NCBI GenBank assembly: GCA_003142375.1
Contig: PLME01000011.1
Location: forward strand, 14,599-78,598
Direction of reading: 5' to 3'
Origin: Dehalococcoidia bacterium
Lineage (GTDB): Bacteria > Chloroflexota > Dehalococcoidia > GIF9 > UBA5629
DNA length: 64,000 bases
Positions 59,886 to 64,000 of this stretch are shown here, piece after piece. The translations under genes were made by a program, and so were the position numbers. Under the pieces are notes generated by a model that saw only the letters and a program-made list of their open reading frames with translations, had not been told where the DNA came from and did not search any database. How positions within the stretch are numbered: the first letter of the stretch is position 1; every line of letters starts with the position of its first letter.

Positions 59886-60811
59886 TAGCCTCTAATGCTG
59901 TTAAGAAAATTTTCTATAGTATAGTTTATTTGATTTTCTATATTATCTCCAATATCTAACCACTTGATGCGATTGTCAGAGATGTGAAACCAGGCGTATT
60001 GGCTGCGTGCAAACCGATGCGTCTCAAATTTTATCTTCTGTATCGCTGCATCCAGGTGCATCTCGCCATTCAGGTACGTTAATATCTGCCGGTATCCAAG
60101 ACTGGACATAGAAGGTAAACCGGCAGTGTATCCCATTGATAAAAGGTTTTTGACCTCATCGATGAGGCCGTCCGCAACCATCCTGTCAGTACGTCTGTCG
60201 ATCATTGTATACAAATTGTGTCTGTAGGCAGTCAACCCTATGATGAGCACCGGAAAAGGCACACCCTTTTTGGTCTGCAGTTTAGACGGCTTGTTGCCGG
60301 TCTTATGGTGGATTTCAAGCGCCCTGATTATGCGTCTCAGGTTATTTGGATCGATTCTACTCGCTGCAGCCGGGTCTATTTCGCTGAGTTCCCGGTATAA
60401 ACTGTATACACCATTTTCTTCGGCTTTTGACTGCAGGCTGTCTCTGAAAGCGTAGTCAGGCTCGACCTGCGGTATTTGCCATCCCTCGATAACAGACCAT
60501 ATGTATTGCCCGCTACCGCCAACCATGACAGGAATCTTGTTAGCTTCCAGGATCCTATCGATTACCGTATAAGCGGATGCCTGATACAAGGCAACGCTGT
60601 ACGCTTCGTCAGGATTTATTATGTCCAGCAAATGGTGAGGGACCACACCTTGCTCTGCCTTGCTGGGTTTAGCCGTGCCAATATCCATATACCGGTATAT
60701 TTGCCGGCTATCGGCATTAATAATTTCCCCGTTAAAAGCCTGTGCTATCTGGATACTGAGGTTACTCTTGCCTATTGCCGTCGGTCCGACAATGGCGACC
60801 AGGCATTTCAT
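59885..60811 (-). CDS. miaA: tRNA dimethylallyltransferase
   Basis: GPTAIGKS, DSRQIY, DIGTAKP, RIIRALE. Confidence 0.95.
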   Translation of the reverse strand: MKCLVAIVGPTAIGKSNLSIQIAQAFNGEIINADSRQIYRYMDIGTAKPSKAEQGVVPHHLLDIINPDEAYSVALYQASAYTVIDRILEANKIPVMVGGSGQYIWSVIEGWQIPQVEPDYAFRDSLQSKAEENGVYSLYRELSEIDPAAASRIDPNNLRRIIRALEIHHKTGNKPSKLQTKKGVPFPVLIIGLTAYRHNLYTMIDRRTDRMVADGLIDEVKNLLSMGYTAGLPSMSSLGYRQILTYLNGEMHLDAAIQKIKFETHRFARSQYAWFHISDNRIKWLDIGDNIENQINYTIENFLNSIRG

Positions 60812-60813
60812 GG

Positions 60814-61572
60814 CTACTGTTTTAGTGCCGCAGTCTGCCTGACTATCTCAATGAAATCCGAGGCTTTCAGGCTTGCCCCACCCACCAGGGCACCATCTAT
60901 ATGCGGCTCCCTGACAAATTCTGCTATATTGGCATCAGTAACGCTTCCTCCGTACAGAATTCTTACCGATTGAGCGATCTCACTATTCCATGTTGATGCC
61001 AGCGTACCCCTGATAAATTCTATGGTCCTGCCCGCCTGATCTCCGGTCGCGGCTTTCCCGGTCCCGATAGCCCATACCGGTTCATAGGCCACCACGATAT
61101 CTTTATTTGCGGATATTGCCTTTAATCCTCCTGTTACCTGCCTTGCCAAAATTTCTCTGGTCTTACCGGCTTCATTTTCCTGCAGCGATTCACCGATGCA
61201 AAAGATGGGCAACAGGCCGGTAGCCAAAGCAGCCTTTAGCTTCTCATTGACTATATCATCCGTTTCGCCGAAAAACTGTCTGCGCTCCGAGTGGCCGAGG
61301 ATAACGTATTTGCAGAGGCTTTTCAGCATCAACGGCGATATCTCTCCGGTGAAAGCGCCCTTTTCCTTGAAATACATATTCTGTGCCCCGACAGCGACCG
61401 CAGTATCCTTGACTATCTCGCTTACCCGTTGCAGAGAAATGAATGGGGGGCAAATAACCCGATCAATATTGCTTATAGCCTTCAATCCAGGCAGCATGTC
61501 CCTCGTCAGAATGACAGCCTCGTCAACGGTGGTATTCATTTTCCAGTTTCCGGCAATTAATGGTCTGCGCAT
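60814..61572 (-). CDS. tpiA: Triosephosphate isomerase
   Basis: AGNWKMN, GHSERR, AYEPVWAIGTG, LVGGASL. Confidence 0.97.
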   Translation of the reverse strand: MRRPLIAGNWKMNTTVDEAVILTRDMLPGLKAISNIDRVICPPFISLQRVSEIVKDTAVAVGAQNMYFKEKGAFTGEISPLMLKSLCKYVILGHSERRQFFGETDDIVNEKLKAALATGLLPIFCIGESLQENEAGKTREILARQVTGGLKAISANKDIVVAYEPVWAIGTGKAATGDQAGRTIEFIRGTLASTWNSEIAQSVRILYGGSVTDANIAEFVREPHIDGALVGGASLKASDFIEIVRQTAALKQ

Positions 61573-61636
61573 AATTACTCCGCACTAAAAAGGTACATAA
61601 TTCGATATTTACGGGGGATCTTCCGATTCAACGTTA

Positions 61637-62821
61637 TTATTCGTCGCTTAAAACATCAACACCGGGCAAGACTTCCCCTTCCAAAAAGTTCAAGCTGGCT
61701 CCACCGCCGGTGGATACGTGGGTCATCTTGGAACTCAGGTTCATCTCAGCCACGATTTCTGCAGTCGAACCTCCGCCGACTACAGTGGTTGCGTGCAGGT
61801 TGGCGAGCAGATCTGCCATGGCCCTGGTGCCGCGAGCAAACTGGGGAATTTCGATGACCCCCATTGGACCGTTCCAAAAGATGGTATGGCACTTTTTCAA
61901 GTTCTCGGTGAATAGCTCGATGGTTTGCGGGCCTATATCCACAATATATTTATTGGCAGGTATCATCGAAACCGGAGCTATAGAGAACCTGGCCTGGTCG
62001 TTGATGGCATCGGCCACGATAACGTCCAGGGGCAAGAGCAGGGACACGTTACTGGCTTTTGCCGAGGCAATTATCTGGTTGGCCAGGTCTTTTTTATCCA
62101 CTTCCACCGATGATAGTCCGACACCGTAATTTTGTGCGCTGAGAAAGGTGGCGGCCATACCGCCCCCTATGGGAAGGATATCGACTTTGCCCATCAAGTT
62201 ATTTATGAGCGTGATCTTATCGCTCACCTTGGCGCCCCCCAGCAGGGCTGCAAACGGATGCTGAGCATTGGTAAGAAGGTTGCCCAATGCCTTGAGTTCC
62301 TTCTCAAGTAGCAGACCGGCATATGAAGGCAGCAGTTTGGCCACTCCGTAATTGGAGGCATGCGCCCGGTGGGCTGTACCGAAAGCATCGTCGACATAGA
62401 TATCAGCCAGTTCAGCAAGCTGCCTGGCAAAATCGGGGTTATTCTTCTCTTCCTCAGGATGGAAGCGCAAATTCTCCAGTAATAATATGTCTCCGTTCTT
62501 TAACTTGGCTACGGCTTTCTTGACTTTCGGCCCCACGCAATCTGAGACCGTATAAATGGGTAAATTGGTCAATTGAGAAAGGCGCTCGGCAATAGGAGTC
62601 ATACACAGAGACTCGACAACCTTCCCATCGGGCCTGCCCAGGTGCGAGCAGAGGATTATCTTTGCTTTATGTTCCACCAGGTACCAAATAGTGGGCAAGC
62701 TGGCGATAATACGGCTGTCGTCCATGATTTCGTTGGTCTTCGGGTCAAGAGGCAAATTGAAATCAACCCTTACCAAAACTCGTTTCCCCGTCACTTCGAC
62801 CGCACGGATACTCTTTTTCAT
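61637..62821 (-). CDS. pgk: Phosphoglycerate kinase
   Basis: RVDFN, SHLGRP, DAFGTAHRAH, GGAKVSDK, STGGGASL; start at MKKSI after AGGAG. Confidence 0.96.
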   Translation of the reverse strand: MKKSIRAVEVTGKRVLVRVDFNLPLDPKTNEIMDDSRIIASLPTIWYLVEHKAKIILCSHLGRPDGKVVESLCMTPIAERLSQLTNLPIYTVSDCVGPKVKKAVAKLKNGDILLLENLRFHPEEEKNNPDFARQLAELADIYVDDAFGTAHRAHASNYGVAKLLPSYAGLLLEKELKALGNLLTNAQHPFAALLGGAKVSDKITLINNLMGKVDILPIGGGMAATFLSAQNYGVGLSSVEVDKKDLANQIIASAKASNVSLLLPLDVIVADAINDQARFSIAPVSMIPANKYIVDIGPQTIELFTENLKKCHTIFWNGPMGVIEIPQFARGTRAMADLLANLHATTVVGGGSTAEIVAEMNLSSKMTHVSTGGGASLNFLEGEVLPGVDVLSDE

Positions 62822-63008
62822 CGAAATTATCTCCTGCTGTAATCGGTCAGCATACACCAAACGACATATAGATGTCTGACCCAACCAATGTTGAGTATAT
62901 CCAATGGCCGGAATTTGTTCAACATATACGTTTTAAACTATGCCAATATTTATTTTTCGATTCATTCATATTAAACTGTTATAAAGGCTTGCTGTAATAT
63001 TTTGAAAT

Positions 63009-63614
63009 ATGAAACCATCCGATATTAAAAGAGTTCCTCTGGTAATTGTAATATCCGGCCCGTCAGGCGTGGGGAAGGACGTAGTAATAGACGCCATAAT
63101 TGGCAAAAGCCGCAATTTCCATCATATAGTTACGGCAACTACCAGACAGAAGCGGCCGGGAGAGGTGGATGGCGTGGATTATCATTTCCTGTCCAAAGCT
63201 GAATTTAGACGAAAAATCGATGCAGAAGAGTTTTTGGAATATGCAGAAGTTTATGGCAATTACTATGGGGTACTGAAATCCGAGGTACAACGTGCTCTGC
63301 AGGATGGAAAAGATGTTATTTTAAAGGTTGATGTACAGGGTGCTGCTACACTAAAAAAGGTAATACCAGGAGCGCTGTTCATCTTTCTGGCGCCTCCTTC
63401 CATAGAGGATCTGCTCGAGCGGATGAAAAAGCGCAATGCGGACACGGATGAGGCGATGAGGGTCCGCATCAATAAAGCTAGAGAAGAGATGGAAAGCGGG
63501 AAATTATTTGATCACTCTGTAACAAATATGCGGAATAACCTGGACAGGACGGTAAACACCGTACACAGTCATATCAATAAATACCGCAGGACAAAACCAA
63601 CTATCAATATATGA
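63009..63614 (+). CDS. gmk: Guanylate kinase
   Basis: GPSGVGK, TTR..RPGE.DG.DYHF, YGNYYG, DVQGA. Confidence 0.95.
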   Translation: MKPSDIKRVPLVIVISGPSGVGKDVVIDAIIGKSRNFHHIVTATTRQKRPGEVDGVDYHFLSKAEFRRKIDAEEFLEYAEVYGNYYGVLKSEVQRALQDGKDVILKVDVQGAATLKKVIPGALFIFLAPPSIEDLLERMKKRNADTDEAMRVRINKAREEMESGKLFDHSVTNMRNNLDRTVNTVHSHINKYRRTKPTINI

Positions 63615-63629
63615 GCCCGGCTGCCTGAT

Positions 63630-64000
63630 TCACCTGCTTTTTAATCCATCGATGAAATCGCTGATAAATTCGTTTACCGCTTGGGCGGGCGTGATTACAC
63701 CGTAATGACCCTCACACAAAATATCCGCCCTTATTTCCCTGAGCTTTTCAAGTGATTTTATGGCCTTTTGAGGCTCGCCACCCCACATCGGCTGGTACGG
63801 CCCGTGTATATCCTGCCCAAATAGTATCTTTTGGCCTTCAATATTATTGAGAACAACGGCAACGCTGCCAGGAGTATGGCCGGGTATATGTAAAAACTGG
63901 AATTCCAACGACCCTATTTTCAGATTGCTAGATTCGCCTTGTAACTTTATGTCAACTATGCAGGGCCGATATTTGACGCCGTAATACTCGGCGCCCACTT
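63630..64000 (-). CDS. Metallo-beta-lactamase-fold hydrolase (partial; N-terminus outside the window)
   Basis: HIPGHTPGS, LFGQD, LCEGH motifs. Confidence 0.75.
   Translation of the reverse strand, partial: VGAEYYGVKYRPCIVDIKLQGESSNLKIGSLEFQFLHIPGHTPGSVAVVLNNIEGQKILFGQDIHGPYQPMWGGEPQKAIKSLEKLREIRADILCEGHYGVITPAQAVNEFISDFIDGLKSR

Overview
Bacterial chromosomal window, most likely from a Dehalococcoidia-like anaerobic Chloroflexota. This is an inference from gene content and the pgk-tpiA-miaA-dapF-dapL-hflX order, not from a marker gene. The left half is dominated by acyl-CoA and dicarboxylate metabolism: an AbfD-like Fe-S/FAD dehydratase, a GcdH-like dehydrogenase, a compact PPDK, an acyl-CoA ligase, a malic enzyme-fumarase-Sdh/Frd-SucCD block, and beta-oxidation genes with two related TetR regulators. 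A ~9.9 kb island is bounded by a 17-bp duplication of the 3' end of tRNA-Lys(TTT) (14579-14595 and 24538-24554). It carries a 2917-aa cyclic beta-1,2-glucan synthase/phosphorylase and decayed IS3-family remnants but no integrase, and it sits right beside a membrane-anchored DUF3494 ice-binding-type surface protein. The right half has four-helix and lipoprotein hypotheticals, a DHA2 exporter, a CIRCE-like operator in front of an FmdB/Ruc-like zinc-ribbon gene, a 7TM/PAS kinase-Rcp1-HD-GYP signalling trio and housekeeping genes. Four tRNAs were found. No rRNA or CRISPR array was seen. All protein calls rest on motif recognition by eye; no database searches were run.
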